Virus record (IMG/VR): IMGVR_UViG_3300013936_000017 | Location: 1-64,000 of that record | Length of the DNA: 64,000 nucleotides | Direction: 5' to 3' (one strand) | Source of the DNA: a virus | Lineage: Duplodnaviria > Caudoviricetes | Part shown: positions 50,721 through 61,009 of the stretch, one piece after another | How the letters are laid out: every line of letters begins with the position of its first letter | How positions within the stretch are numbered: position 1 is the stretch's first letter | Program-made: the position numbers and the translations under genes | Notes under the pieces: model-generated | Databases searched by the model: none | What the model saw: the letters and a program-made list of their open reading frames with translations, nothing else | Told to the model about the DNA's origin: nothing

Positions 50721-51097
50721 TGGCGATGTTTCAAGATATACATCTAGAAGATTCTAACCATCGGCTCCAATTTAGAAAGTATATGGAAGATGGAGATTAT
50801 GCCTCGGCGGCTTCTGTGTTGCAGATTGCGGCATTAAAGCAAAAGACGCTGACGGCAGAGTATATCAATAAAATCACGGGGCTGATTGAGCAAATTGAAG
50901 AATTAGACGACCCGGATTTTATGGCCAAGTTGATTATTTGTTCATTGGAGCCGCCCGCCGATATTAAATCCGGCGATGTTTGGTTCCAGAAATTTGTGCT
51001 ATATATTTGGTCGCAAGTTAATGCGCTAAACTATACGTGGCAGACGATGAATAATAAGGCGCTTGGTTGGGATGAAATAAATAGAGGAGGTTGGTGA
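50717..51097 (+). CDS. Small tail protein
   Basis: EPP....GDVWF motif; operon coupling. Confidence 0.65.
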   Translation: MMAMFQDIHLEDSNHRLQFRKYMEDGDYASAASVLQIAALKQKTLTAEYINKITGLIEQIEELDDPDFMAKLIICSLEPPADIKSGDVWFQKFVLYIWSQVNALNYTWQTMNNKALGWDEINRGGW

Positions 51098-51098
51098 T

Positions 51099-51326
51099 AT
51101 GGCGGTAACTCCATTTGAACTAACTGAGGCTTTTACAATGGAAAATTTCAATCTGCGCATTCAGCAGATGAATGATTCCATTACGGAGGCTGGTGGCTTT
51201 GTCGCACAAAGCACAGCACCTACTAATACTGGCAAATTGTGGATTGACACTGGCAATGCAAATGTCATGAAATTTTATGATAAGGCCACATCCACATGGA
51301 AGCCAATTACGGCGGCATGGGGGTAA
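51099..51326 (+). CDS. Small tail protein
   Basis: APTNTGKLWIDT motif shared with 46477. Confidence 0.65.
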   Translation: MAVTPFELTEAFTMENFNLRIQQMNDSITEAGGFVAQSTAPTNTGKLWIDTGNANVMKFYDKATSTWKPITAAWG

Positions 51327-51333
51327 TTAGGGT

Positions 51334-52233
51334 ATGTTAACTGCTCAACAAATGAAGGAGCTTAAAGCTCTGGTTAAGGCAGAAGTTCTACGCCGCAATG
51401 CAAGTGCCGGTTCGCTTTCTTCTTATGGCTCAGAAGAATGGGATTTTGATGTCGAGCCAACAAAAGGAAATATTACACTTGCATCACAAGGTAAAAAAGT
51501 CCTAGAGCCACTACTCGCTATTTCTGATTGGGAAAGCGAGAAATATGGAATCGCGCACCATGCTGTTGGCGTACCACAAGCGGGCGGCATTTATCCACCT
51601 GATTTTTCATATGAAGCCGGTATTTTTACATGGGTAAATAAACTCAGAGAAGAAACTATGACTGGTAGCTATAGCTCGTGTAGAACGCAATGTAGTGGAT
51701 TATGCTCTGGTACTTGCGGAGATACGTCGTCTCAAGGAAGTACATATTGGGGGTGTTTGAATTCGTGTGGTGGTGGGTGTGCTACTGGATGTACGAACCA
51801 TTGCTCCGGAGGGTGCGGCCTTGCTTGTGATTATGCTTGTTCTAGCGTGTGTTTTAATACTTGCGATGACCAATGCACAGGATATTGCACAGGAACGTCT
51901 GGGCCGGGAACTAGTCAATGTACAGGTAGTTGTTCTACTGTTTGTACAGGCGGGTGCTCTGGAAGTTGTTCTGGAACGTGTCAATCTGCTTGCGGTGGTG
52001 CTTGTGCTTATAGTTGTTCTGCTGCTTGCGGAGGGTGCAGCTCAGGCTGTACAGCTACTTGTGGCGGGTGCTCTGGAAGTTGTGGAGCTGGGTGTTCAAC
52101 TGGGTGTTCTGGACAATGTCAAGATGCTTGTTCTGCTGGTTGCACCAATGCTTGCAAAGGAAACTGTGGTTTTAGTTGTGGCGGTCAATGTTGGAAAACT
52201 TGTACGGCTGGTTGCTGGGGAACTGCTCAGTAA
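51334..52233 (+). CDS. CXXX-repeat Cys-rich protein, putative radical-SAM modification target
   Basis: About 115-aa Cys-free N-terminal domain, then 42 Cys almost all at 4-residue spacing in three runs. Confidence 0.88.
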   Translation: MLTAQQMKELKALVKAEVLRRNASAGSLSSYGSEEWDFDVEPTKGNITLASQGKKVLEPLLAISDWESEKYGIAHHAVGVPQAGGIYPPDFSYEAGIFTWVNKLREETMTGSYSSCRTQCSGLCSGTCGDTSSQGSTYWGCLNSCGGGCATGCTNHCSGGCGLACDYACSSVCFNTCDDQCTGYCTGTSGPGTSQCTGSCSTVCTGGCSGSCSGTCQSACGGACAYSCSAACGGCSSGCTATCGGCSGSCGAGCSTGCSGQCQDACSAGCTNACKGNCGFSCGGQCWKTCTAGCWGTAQ

Positions 52234-52268
52234 TATATAAAGGAAATTGAAAGGAAAATAAAGCGGAA

Positions 52269-52568
52269 ATGAAAACAATCGAAATTACTGTTGATAATCA
52301 GCAGATGGTCGAACTTCTCGAATCTCTTACTCTTGAAACAGAATCTCGTAGAGATGTAATTTCTTTTATGTTGTCGAATGATATGATGACGACAAGTTCT
52401 GAATCGTTTAAGAAGTATCATGATGAATACCAGAAGTTTTACAAGCAGTATGATATTGCAAAGCAGGAATTTCAGAAGATTTATGTCGACGTTATTCCAA
52501 ATGCGGTTCATTGGTCGCTGAATTTTAACGAATCTCTGCTTACTGTGACAGTCGATGAAAAAAACTGA
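52269..52568 (+). CDS. CXXX-repeat modification system accessory protein
   Basis: 99-aa helical protein ending W.LNF between target and radical SAM, as in TIGR04116-type loci. Confidence 0.65.
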   Translation: MKTIEITVDNQQMVELLESLTLETESRRDVISFMLSNDMMTTSSESFKKYHDEYQKFYKQYDIAKQEFQKIYVDVIPNAVHWSLNFNESLLTVTVDEKN

Positions 52569-53874
52569 AGAATACGGGAATACGATTGCTCGGCTATTCC
52601 CACATCAAATTGTAGAAACGGCAGGGAATAGCCCGATGCATCATGCTGTCAAAACTGTTACAATCCAAACAAATGATAGCTGCCCATTATCTTGTGTCTA
52701 CTGCTACCAGATTAACAAAGGGAATCATATCATTCCAATCGAGATAGCTAAGGCATTCATCGATAAGTTGCTAACAAATCAATATGCCGAATATATCGAC
52801 GTTAATGATACAGATGGTATTATCCTTGAATTTATTGGTGGCGAGCCGCTAGTGGCAATCGACATTATTGATGAAATTACAGATTATTTCATTAAGCAGA
52901 TGATTCTTATGAATCATAAGTGGCTACCTCGATTCCGTCTTAGTATGATTAGTAATGGCGTATTATATTTCGAGCCAAAAGTGCAAGAATATCTGCGAAA
53001 GAATGCGGCGCATTTGAGTTTTGGCATTAGTATTGATGGCAATAAGGAACTGCATGATGCTTGTCGTGTATTTCCTGATGGTTCTGGTAGCTATGATATG
53101 GCTATGGCCGCAGTTCGTCATTTTAGGGAGCATTTTACTGATAAAATTGGCTCCAAGATGACATTGTGCCCAGCTAATATCATGTACACTTATGACGCTG
53201 TGGTGTCGCTAATTGAGAACGGCTATGATGAAATAAATCTTAATTGTGTTTATGAAGAGGGCTGGACTGACGATGATGCGAAAATTATGTACCAGCAGCT
53301 CAAGAAGTTGGCCGATTATATCTTTGAGCATGACCTATGGGATAAAGTATATTTGTCCATCTTTGAGCAATCTATGTTCCATCCATTGAGCGAATCGGAC
53401 AATACGAACTACTGCGGCGGCAATGGCGCAATGCTTGCTATCGACTGGAAGGGCGATATGTATCCTTGCATTCGATATATGGAATCTAGTGTCGGTGATG
53501 ATGTCGAACCGATGATTATTGGCAATGTGTATGATGGTATCATGAAAACGCAGAAGCAGTGTGATTGCGTACACTGTCTGTGGTCGATTACACGCCGTTC
53601 ACAAAGTACAGACGAATGCTGGAATTGCCCGATTGCGTCTGGGTGTGGGGCTTGTACTGCATATAATTATCAGCATTTTGGTGATGCAAATCATCGTGCG
53701 ACATATATTTGCTGTACACATAAGGCACGTGCGTTGGTCAATGCGTATTATTGGAATAAAGGCTTTAAGCTAAATAACGAGATGAAGCGATTTCATCTTT
53801 ATCTGCCAGATGATGATGCATTAAAGATTATTGATAAAGATGAGCTTGCAATGCTAAAATCTCTGGAAACTTAA
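52555..53874 (+). CDS. Radical SAM/SPASM peptide maturase, CXXX-repeat target family
   Basis: CPLSCVYC, FIGGEPL, ISIDG...HD..R; SPASM CGG...G.MYPC...CWNCPIASGCGAC...C. Confidence 0.92.
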   Translation: MKKTEEYGNTIARLFPHQIVETAGNSPMHHAVKTVTIQTNDSCPLSCVYCYQINKGNHIIPIEIAKAFIDKLLTNQYAEYIDVNDTDGIILEFIGGEPLVAIDIIDEITDYFIKQMILMNHKWLPRFRLSMISNGVLYFEPKVQEYLRKNAAHLSFGISIDGNKELHDACRVFPDGSGSYDMAMAAVRHFREHFTDKIGSKMTLCPANIMYTYDAVVSLIENGYDEINLNCVYEEGWTDDDAKIMYQQLKKLADYIFEHDLWDKVYLSIFEQSMFHPLSESDNTNYCGGNGAMLAIDWKGDMYPCIRYMESSVGDDVEPMIIGNVYDGIMKTQKQCDCVHCLWSITRRSQSTDECWNCPIASGCGACTAYNYQHFGDANHRATYICCTHKARALVNAYYWNKGFKLNNEMKRFHLYLPDDDALKIIDKDELAMLKSLET

Positions 53875-53883
53875 AATGCGGAG

Positions 53884-54345
53884 GTGATGCTTATGGGAAT
53901 AACATATAGTATTACGATGCACCAAAATAATGGCACGGATTATGACACACTTAATCCAGCCACTACTAGCACACAGGTCATGGCAAGCTCTACGATTGTT
54001 AATGAGCTTGGCATACCTGCTGGAAGTAGTATTGATGCGGCAATTTCTGGGGTTGTGCGAGCGCCCGTCATTTGCACATTTACTACTGCGGGATGGACTG
54101 CAAACGGAACAAATACTTGGACACAAACGGTGAATTGTGCTGGATTGCTTGCCACTGACGATTATAGAACTCGAGTTGTGCCGGTTGGCAATGCGACTAG
54201 TTCTGATGAACAAGCGCAGACGGATGCCGCATATATGATGGTCAATAGGTTCTCGTGTGATGCAGATGGTAAACTAACTGCTCGCGTATATGCTACGGCA
54301 AAGCCAGCAGTAGATTTCCAAGTTGCAGTGGTGATTTGTAGATGA
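53884..54345 (+). CDS. Tail fibre-associated protein
   Basis: NGTDYDTL.P.T; AGW.....TQTV...G C-terminal module also seen at the end of 61010. Confidence 0.65.
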   Translation: MMLMGITYSITMHQNNGTDYDTLNPATTSTQVMASSTIVNELGIPAGSSIDAAISGVVRAPVICTFTTAGWTANGTNTWTQTVNCAGLLATDDYRTRVVPVGNATSSDEQAQTDAAYMMVNRFSCDADGKLTARVYATAKPAVDFQVAVVICR

Positions 54346-55124
54346 GCGAATTATCACGTTGGGGCGTTGGCTGTGACTGCTTGGGCAGCGGAATTATTGG
54401 TGGTAATAAAGAAAAAAAATATATTATCACGAACTTAATTGGTGAAATTGGCAACTTTGAACGTGGTACATATCAATCTGCTACCGGAATTGCTTATAGT
54501 ACTCGTCATAAATATGGCGAATATTCTATTGCGCTACGAGGCTCGGCTGATGCGGTTGAGACAACATATACGCTAGTAAAGGCTGATGGTACGGTTGTTA
54601 AGCCTCATCTATATCCAACTCATAAATATTATATGTCGTGCTGGTTGTTGCAAACAGAGCTTAACGGTTCAATGGATTTTTATTGGCCAATAGCAGAACC
54701 GGTTGCTGCGTCCGGCTTAACTTGCCCAGTTGCGGCTGAGCAAGATTTTTATCGTGTATCGTCCGTGTTTACCCGCGAATCGTTTACTGAGGGCGATTAT
54801 GAGGTAAGAATTGACTACAACAATAATAATGTCGCTAACTATATGTGGTTTGATGGCTTGATGTTGGTGGATTTGACTGCTACATTTGGTGCTGGAAATG
54901 AGCCAAGTAAGAATTGGTGCGACTTAAATATTGAGTTCGCTGAGTCGGGTTATGAGATAGAAGACCCTGATTTTGTTGGCGAAACATATATTTTTAATGA
55001 ATCAGTAGATTTTCGTTCATTGATTAGCGCATATGACCCGGATACAACGCTTGAGGCGAAGATTCCAATAAAATCAGTATATTTTGGGGAAGCATATACT
55101 GGGCTTACTGTTGGGTATCAATAA
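54342..55124 (+). CDS. Tail protein with carbohydrate-binding-like domain
   Basis: NLI...NFE, HKYY, MLVDLTATFGAGNEPSK.WCD. Confidence 0.65.
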   Translation: MSELSRWGVGCDCLGSGIIGGNKEKKYIITNLIGEIGNFERGTYQSATGIAYSTRHKYGEYSIALRGSADAVETTYTLVKADGTVVKPHLYPTHKYYMSCWLLQTELNGSMDFYWPIAEPVAASGLTCPVAAEQDFYRVSSVFTRESFTEGDYEVRIDYNNNNVANYMWFDGLMLVDLTATFGAGNEPSKNWCDLNIEFAESGYEIEDPDFVGETYIFNESVDFRSLISAYDPDTTLEAKIPIKSVYFGEAYTGLTVGYQ

Positions 55125-55135
55125 AGAGGTAAAAT

Positions 55136-55339
55136 ATGGCGATTGATGTAAGATACTTTGAAGCGAATAATAAAGATACGAATAAAAGCAAACAATTGTG
55201 GAATACGGATGGAACGACCGGGTGGAGCAAAGAAAAAAGTGTGCGAACCATTACATTCATGGAAAAGCCAACCGGTTATTTCGCAACATGGCTTGAGGCC
55301 AATGCTACAAAAGTTACAGATAAATCTAGCGACAATTAA
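55136..55339 (+). CDS. Small tail-associated protein, possibly a split C-terminal part of the previous gene
   Basis: RTITF...PTG....WL.ANATK motif; GAGGT RBS. Confidence 0.5.
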   Translation: MAIDVRYFEANNKDTNKSKQLWNTDGTTGWSKEKSVRTITFMEKPTGYFATWLEANATKVTDKSSDN

Positions 55340-55377
55340 ACGCCGCATAGGCGATTAAAAGAAAAGAGGAAATAATT

Positions 55378-55650
55378 ATGAATATCAATGATTACAAGAG
55401 CGTATATTTTGAAAACAAGGCATTTGCCAAGCACCCAGAGTGGGAGCGCATTGACAAGGTTACTGGCATTGATATGGCTATGGGTACTGCATCTACCAAG
55501 GATGGTCTAACGTGGACTGTAGTTGATGGAGCAGCTAACTACATTGGCGAGATTGATGCTGTCACTGGCAAGGCTAAGTTTGACGATTATGTTGGCGAGA
55601 TTGAGGAGACGTTTATCAAATACGCCAAGGAAGCGCTTGGCCTCAAGTAA
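55378..55650 (+). CDS. Hypothetical protein with capsid-like codon bias
   Basis: GAGG RBS; terminator at 55661-55694. Confidence 0.7.
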   Translation: MNINDYKSVYFENKAFAKHPEWERIDKVTGIDMAMGTASTKDGLTWTVVDGAANYIGEIDAVTGKAKFDDYVGEIEETFIKYAKEALGLK

Positions 55651-55721
55651 TATAAATAATAAAACAGGCTGGCGTTCATTCGTCAGCCTGTTTTCTAATC
55701 TATATGGAAGGGATGTGCGCA

Positions 55722-56885
55722 ATGAGTACAAAATTTCCTAATAACATCCAGACGTTTGGCCAGTTTCAAGATATGACTTATAATGATTGGGAGATGTTGG
55801 CGCAGTATCGTAAGGCTATGGCTGATAGTGACTTTGCAACTGCACAACAGGCGCTCAGAGGCATATCCAAGCTAAAGAATAAACTACTAACTAATGGATT
55901 TATGAATGATATGCTGGATACGTGTTATGCCGTTCAAGATTTCTTTGATAATAGGCAGGTTCCGGATTATATTGTTGGAGCGATTGAACCAACTGGCCAA
56001 AAAAAAGGAGATTTATGGTTTGAATCTCCGGAAATGGGATATATTAAATTTTCGTCGCCAACGTCATTTACTATCGGACACGAAGCAAATCAAAAAACAT
56101 GGGATGGAACGATATATTATTCGGCAGATGCAAATACATGGAGTGTTTGGGATGGAACGACCATTCTTTCTTCTGGAGTTGGTAATAAGTTGTATTTTCG
56201 CGGAGAAGGAAATACAGTTCTCGGAAAATATGTTGCTACAGATGATTATAAGGCTAGATGGGTTTTAACCGGGGAAAACATTTCATGTAGTGGAAATCTT
56301 GGGAATTTATTAGATTTTCGTGATGTGGCGGCGGGAAGAACGGTAACTATGGGCGTTAATGGGTTTAGGTATCTTTTTTCTCGTCAAGCGGCTTTGATTT
56401 CTGCTCCGCAACTTCCAAACATTCCAGAAGTCCCACAAAATGGTTATATTTCATTATTTTACGGAACTTCCATTACGGAAGCCCCAAACATATACGCTAA
56501 AACTATTGGAGATTCTGGATGTTTGAATATGTTTGAAAATTGTACAAAACTCAAAAAACCATCATTGATTATGGCGACAACCGTCGAAAGATATGGTTGT
56601 GGGTGGATGTTTGCTGGATGTACAGAATTAAATATTTTACCAAAATTATATGCAAAATCATTAGCTCGTGGAGCTTGTAATAATATGTTTGAAAATTGCT
56701 CAAATATTAAAATCTCTGAAACCAAGACTGATGAATATATAAATGAATATTCAATTCCAGCAACAAAAGACGGAATAACGGCAGACACATATTCTTTTAG
56801 TAGTATGTTTTCTGGTACTAGTGGTACATTCACTGGAACTCCAACAATCAATACAACCTATTACACGTCAAATGAGGTGATTTAA
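55722..56885 (+). CDS. Tail protein with BspA-like leucine-rich repeats
   Basis: Repeats MF.NCT.L...P.L.A; N terminus paralogous to 50391. Confidence 0.72.
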   Translation: MSTKFPNNIQTFGQFQDMTYNDWEMLAQYRKAMADSDFATAQQALRGISKLKNKLLTNGFMNDMLDTCYAVQDFFDNRQVPDYIVGAIEPTGQKKGDLWFESPEMGYIKFSSPTSFTIGHEANQKTWDGTIYYSADANTWSVWDGTTILSSGVGNKLYFRGEGNTVLGKYVATDDYKARWVLTGENISCSGNLGNLLDFRDVAAGRTVTMGVNGFRYLFSRQAALISAPQLPNIPEVPQNGYISLFYGTSITEAPNIYAKTIGDSGCLNMFENCTKLKKPSLIMATTVERYGCGWMFAGCTELNILPKLYAKSLARGACNNMFENCSNIKISETKTDEYINEYSIPATKDGITADTYSFSSMFSGTSGTFTGTPTINTTYYTSNEVI

Positions 56886-56886
56886 C

Positions 56887-57240
56887 ATGGATATTCTAAT
56901 CAATCTAGAAAAAGTAGGAATTGGAGCTGCGCTATTTCTTGGCGCTTATATTTCTAATATCCTATTCGGCATTTGGAAGAATGTAAAAATTTCTGGATAT
57001 GCGTTTAATTGGCGACTTATCATTGAGTCTGCATTAAAATATATTATCCTTGGCGTTGGAATTGCGATGCTGTCCGTTGTGATTAGTGCCGTCCCGCAAT
57101 ATGCCACATATGTCGGCATTGAGATTGGGCAAGATACGATCGAGTTGATTGACAGTATTGTGATTATTGGCGCTTTTCTTACTGCTACTCTAAGATATGC
57201 TGTAGATTCCATTAGCAAGCTAAAAGATATTCTTAGCTAA
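56887..57240 (+). CDS. Holin-like multi-TM protein
   Basis: Three hydrophobic segments in 117 aa. Confidence 0.6.
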   Translation: MDILINLEKVGIGAALFLGAYISNILFGIWKNVKISGYAFNWRLIIESALKYIILGVGIAMLSVVISAVPQYATYVGIEIGQDTIELIDSIVIIGAFLTATLRYAVDSISKLKDILS

Positions 57241-57283
57241 CTAATGTTTATATAGATATTTTAGTGGAAAGGAGGATGATATT

Positions 57284-58300
57284 GTGGGATATTTTAAGGC
57301 TCCGGATGGGGCGTATTTGTTTGATGATGAACAAGTCGAGATTAAACGAGACGCTCTTGGGCGTCCTATTGTAACACTTAAAACCGGCGGTCAAATTGGC
57401 GTCATGTCTGTAAATGGCAAGGCTGGGGATGTTGTGTTGTCGTGCGACGACCTCAATGCAGCAACAAAAGACGACTTAGCCAAGTATCTTCCGCTTGCTG
57501 GTGGTAAGATGGATAATATGGCTACTATTTCTACTGACAATATGCTTACTTTAAGTGCAAAGGAGAAATCTGAACTTAGTCTAACGGACGCTGGCTACAT
57601 TTTTATGCAAGGCAATGCTGGCGTTTATGTCATGGGCGGCGAGCATACAGTAGGATTTAATTCTAATGGAACAGTTGATTTTGGCAACCAAAGGATTGTC
57701 AAAGCGGCAAATCCAACGGACGACACCGATGTAGCCACTAAGAAATATGTTGACAATTCGACCAAAGACCAGACGACGCAGATGAAAACTATGGAAGATA
57801 CCGTTCAGGCGCTCAATAGCGAAGTTGGCGATTGCGAAAAGAAGTTGGACAACTTTAACACTCGTGTTACCGATGTTGAAGGTGCTATTGCTACCAAGTT
57901 AACATTATCTGGTGGAACAATGGAAGGAAATATTGACATGAATGATTATGCCGTTACAAATGTGCAGAAGATTCATGTTGATGGCACGACTCCTGTGTAT
58001 ATTGGCTCAGTTATCGAACAATCTGAAAATGGTGTGCGCCTTACTAGCACGACTGCTGGTGAAGCCGCGTTTGTTAAGCCAAATACTCAAAGCTCATATG
58101 CGCCCGTATTCGGTGGGACTCCTACAAATGTTAATCATCTAACTACAAAAGGGTATGTTGATAATTCGCTTAATGCAATGATTCCGAAAATCCCAAGCAA
58201 TGATAAGCAATATATTCTTACTGCGACGAACGGAGAATTAAAATGGGTTTTGACGATGGACTTGGATTATGTTGACCCAACTGAAGGGAGTGGAACTTAA
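57284..58300 (+). CDS. Trimeric fibre protein
   Basis: SVNGKAGDV, LPLAGG.M, ANPT...DVATKKYVD motifs. Confidence 0.72.
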   Translation: MGYFKAPDGAYLFDDEQVEIKRDALGRPIVTLKTGGQIGVMSVNGKAGDVVLSCDDLNAATKDDLAKYLPLAGGKMDNMATISTDNMLTLSAKEKSELSLTDAGYIFMQGNAGVYVMGGEHTVGFNSNGTVDFGNQRIVKAANPTDDTDVATKKYVDNSTKDQTTQMKTMEDTVQALNSEVGDCEKKLDNFNTRVTDVEGAIATKLTLSGGTMEGNIDMNDYAVTNVQKIHVDGTTPVYIGSVIEQSENGVRLTSTTAGEAAFVKPNTQSSYAPVFGGTPTNVNHLTTKGYVDNSLNAMIPKIPSNDKQYILTATNGELKWVLTMDLDYVDPTEGSGT

Positions 58301-58488
58301 TGGAAACTCCTATCATGGCTCCTGACGGCGGCTATCTGCTCAATGGAGACAACTTCTCAATTACACGCGATAAATATGGGCGTCCTATTGTAAACATTGT
58401 TGGTGGAACTGGAGGTAGCGTTTCAGAACACAACAATGACCCAAAAGCACACGGTCCGATTGAAATGGACTGTGGAGAAATTCTATAA
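58300..58488 (+). CDS. 62-aa mini-paralogue of the preceding fibre N terminus
   Basis: APDGGYLL...RD.YGRPIV, HNNDPKAH, C-terminal MDCGEIL. Confidence 0.7.
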   Translation: METPIMAPDGGYLLNGDNFSITRDKYGRPIVNIVGGTGGSVSEHNNDPKAHGPIEMDCGEIL

Positions 58489-58550
58489 AACCTTATCTAT
58501 TTGATTGGTTGTAATAAAATTTTTTATTATAAGAAAGGAAAAATAATATT

Positions 58551-60215
58551 ATGCCTTCTATTCAAATTAAGCGCGGCCTTGAAGCTGCTGTAAAAGCCTA
58601 CGCCCTAAAAGCTGGCGAGTTTGGTTTTGCGACCGATACAAGTATCCTTTATATTGGCACTAACGGCACTGCCGCTGGTGTTATGCCTATCAAGGCTGTT
58701 GCTAATGGTGGTGCTGCTACCACTGCCGCCACTCTTGCGACTGCCCGCAAGATTGGTCTAACTGGCGAGGTTGAGGGCGCTGGTGTTGCGTTTGATGGCT
58801 CCAAGGATATTACTATTAGCACCACAATTAAGAACGGCTCTGTTGACAAGGCTGCTCTTGATGCTGACCTTCAGGCCGCTATTGATGCCGCTGGCACTGC
58901 TCTTCAAAAAGCTGACATTGCTGAAGGCGCGACTGATGGCACTATCTCTGTCGACGGCGCGAATGTAAAGGTTCATGGTCTTGGCTCTGCTGCCTATACT
59001 AGCTCCGATGCTTATGATGCCGCTGGCGCTGCTGATGCAGTCAAGGCCGCTGTTGTCAATACGCTCGGTGCTGGCGATAATAGCGTTACTATCGGTGGTA
59101 CTGCTACTGCTCGTACCGTCGTTGTTAAGCTCGACCCTGCCGCTTCCAATAAGCTCACTCTCACTGATGCTGGCCTCAAGGTCGAAGTTCCTGCCGCTGC
59201 CGAGTACGAGATTGTCAAGGCTGAGACTGCTACCGAGGGCTACTTCGCTACTTATACCCTTATGAAGGACGGCACTCAGGCTGGTGCTTCCATTGATATT
59301 CCAAAGGATTATCTCGTAAAGTCTGCTTCCATCAAGGCCTCTACTGGCGAAGATGACCCCTCTGGTTTTGCCGCTGGCGTTAAGTACATTGATTTCGTCA
59401 TCAACACCAAGGTTGGTACTGGCAACGAAGACCACATCTATCTCAATATCCAAGACCTAGTCGATGTTTACACCGGCTCTCAGGGCGCTGAAATTAACGT
59501 CACCATTGGCGCTGACAACTCTATTGCCGCTTCTATCGTTAATGGCTCCATTGCCAAGGCTAAGCTCGCCGAGGCCGTTCAAACCTCTCTTGGTCTTGCT
59601 GACTCTGCTCTTCAGGTCGCTGATGTTGCCGAGGGTGCTACCAATGGCACTATCAAAGTCCGTGATGACGAGGTCGCTGTCCATGGTCTAGGCACTGCCG
59701 CTTATGAGGCTAAGACTGCATTTGACGCCGCTGGTGAGGCCGCTAAGGTTCTTGGCGTAGATGGCGATGCTGATACTAAGGCTACTGTCTATGGCGCTCG
59801 TGCTCTTGCTCAGAAGGGTGTAGACGCTGCCGCCGCCGCTGAGGCTGTTGCTGATGGCAAGGTTGCATCTGTTACTGCTACTGATAAGTCCATTGTTGTT
59901 GGTGGTACGGCTGTTGCACCCACTGTCAAGGTTGGTGTTTCCACGACTGGTGGCAATGCCCTTGTCCTTGACGAGAATGGTCTTTATGTTGCCACTTCTG
60001 ATTCCATGGAGACTGGTCAAGGCATTGACATCACCGACAACACGATTTCTGCCAAGGTTGTTGGCGGCAATGGCCTTGCTCTTACCGATAATGGCATTAC
60101 CATGAATGTTGCTACAGATGCCACTGCTGGCGCTGTTAAGGCTGATGGCACGACTATTCTCAACACTTCTGGTGTTCTTTCTATCAACAATATTGACTGT
60201 GGTGAGATTGGCTAA
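58551..60215 (+). CDS. Tail fibre with hyaluronidase/Mtd-type N-terminal domain
   Basis: IQIKRG...LKAGEFGFATDT..LYIG; LATARKI.L.G...FDGS.DI; internal duplication; strong codon bias; terminator at 60258-60302. Confidence 0.8.
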   Translation: MPSIQIKRGLEAAVKAYALKAGEFGFATDTSILYIGTNGTAAGVMPIKAVANGGAATTAATLATARKIGLTGEVEGAGVAFDGSKDITISTTIKNGSVDKAALDADLQAAIDAAGTALQKADIAEGATDGTISVDGANVKVHGLGSAAYTSSDAYDAAGAADAVKAAVVNTLGAGDNSVTIGGTATARTVVVKLDPAASNKLTLTDAGLKVEVPAAAEYEIVKAETATEGYFATYTLMKDGTQAGASIDIPKDYLVKSASIKASTGEDDPSGFAAGVKYIDFVINTKVGTGNEDHIYLNIQDLVDVYTGSQGAEINVTIGADNSIAASIVNGSIAKAKLAEAVQTSLGLADSALQVADVAEGATNGTIKVRDDEVAVHGLGTAAYEAKTAFDAAGEAAKVLGVDGDADTKATVYGARALAQKGVDAAAAAEAVADGKVASVTATDKSIVVGGTAVAPTVKVGVSTTGGNALVLDENGLYVATSDSMETGQGIDITDNTISAKVVGGNGLALTDNGITMNVATDATAGAVKADGTTILNTSGVLSINNIDCGEIG

Positions 60216-60329
60216 TTTTTAACAATCTTAGTGCATTCAACAACCTAAATAACTAGTAAATTAGGCGATATGGGCGAAAAATCCTATATCGCCTAATTTT
60301 TTATCTTAATTGAAAGGGGTGTGGTGTAG

Positions 60330-60992
60330 ATGAATATAAATCAATTTCGAGTTGCTATTACTCCTGATGTAAACCGGCAAATTCAGCTGTTTGATGGAAA
60401 TATTTTATGCTATGAATCTGATAATGATATTATTGATTTTGTATTGATTGTTGATGCCGCGACCAATTATAAATTAGACTTAGAGTCAAAACATGACGGA
60501 TGTTCACACTATAATACAATCTCGCTTGATAAGGGCGCTGAGGACGAATATCCTCATGTGTTGCTAAAGGCCGGTATGCTGTTTAACGGCAAAAATATCG
60601 TCCAGATTCGGTCAATCAATAACAATCAAGTATGGAACTCAGAGAAGGTTAATGTATGGGTCAAAAAGACAATTTTAAGCTCATGTGGTGCTTATCAAGA
60701 AATGGGCTTTATCCCATCTGAGTTCTATCAGATTGAGAGTAATCTTGACGAATTCAACCAACATCCTCCAACAATTGATTCTTCTGGATATTGGAGTGTT
60801 TGGGATGTATCAGAGCATAAATACAAAATCACAGATATTCCATACGCTGGTAGTTCAGTGGCAATTAAGGCCGGAGACGGAATTGTAGTCAAAGATGACG
60901 CAATTTCTGTCCGGCCAGATATGTCCACGCTTAATTTTGATGAATTCGGTAGATTGCAGCTTGGCTCTGCCGATTTAGGAATAATTGTATAA
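60330..60992 (+). CDS. BppU-like/fibre adaptor protein
   Basis: P.EF.Q.E, P.I...GYW.VWD, C-terminal ADLGII. Confidence 0.5.
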   Translation: MNINQFRVAITPDVNRQIQLFDGNILCYESDNDIIDFVLIVDAATNYKLDLESKHDGCSHYNTISLDKGAEDEYPHVLLKAGMLFNGKNIVQIRSINNNQVWNSEKVNVWVKKTILSSCGAYQEMGFIPSEFYQIESNLDEFNQHPPTIDSSGYWSVWDVSEHKYKITDIPYAGSSVAIKAGDGIVVKDDAISVRPDMSTLNFDEFGRLQLGSADLGIIV

Positions 60993-61009
60993 TAGGAGGA
61001 TAAATAAAA

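Noticed and set aside
51700-52240. Alternative-frame ORFs over the CXXX gene
   Set aside because: By-products of the periodic TGT/TGC codons
58649-60105. Multiple overlapping ORFs on both strands of the fibre gene
   Set aside because: Shadows of strong GCT/GGC/AAG codon bias; no RBS
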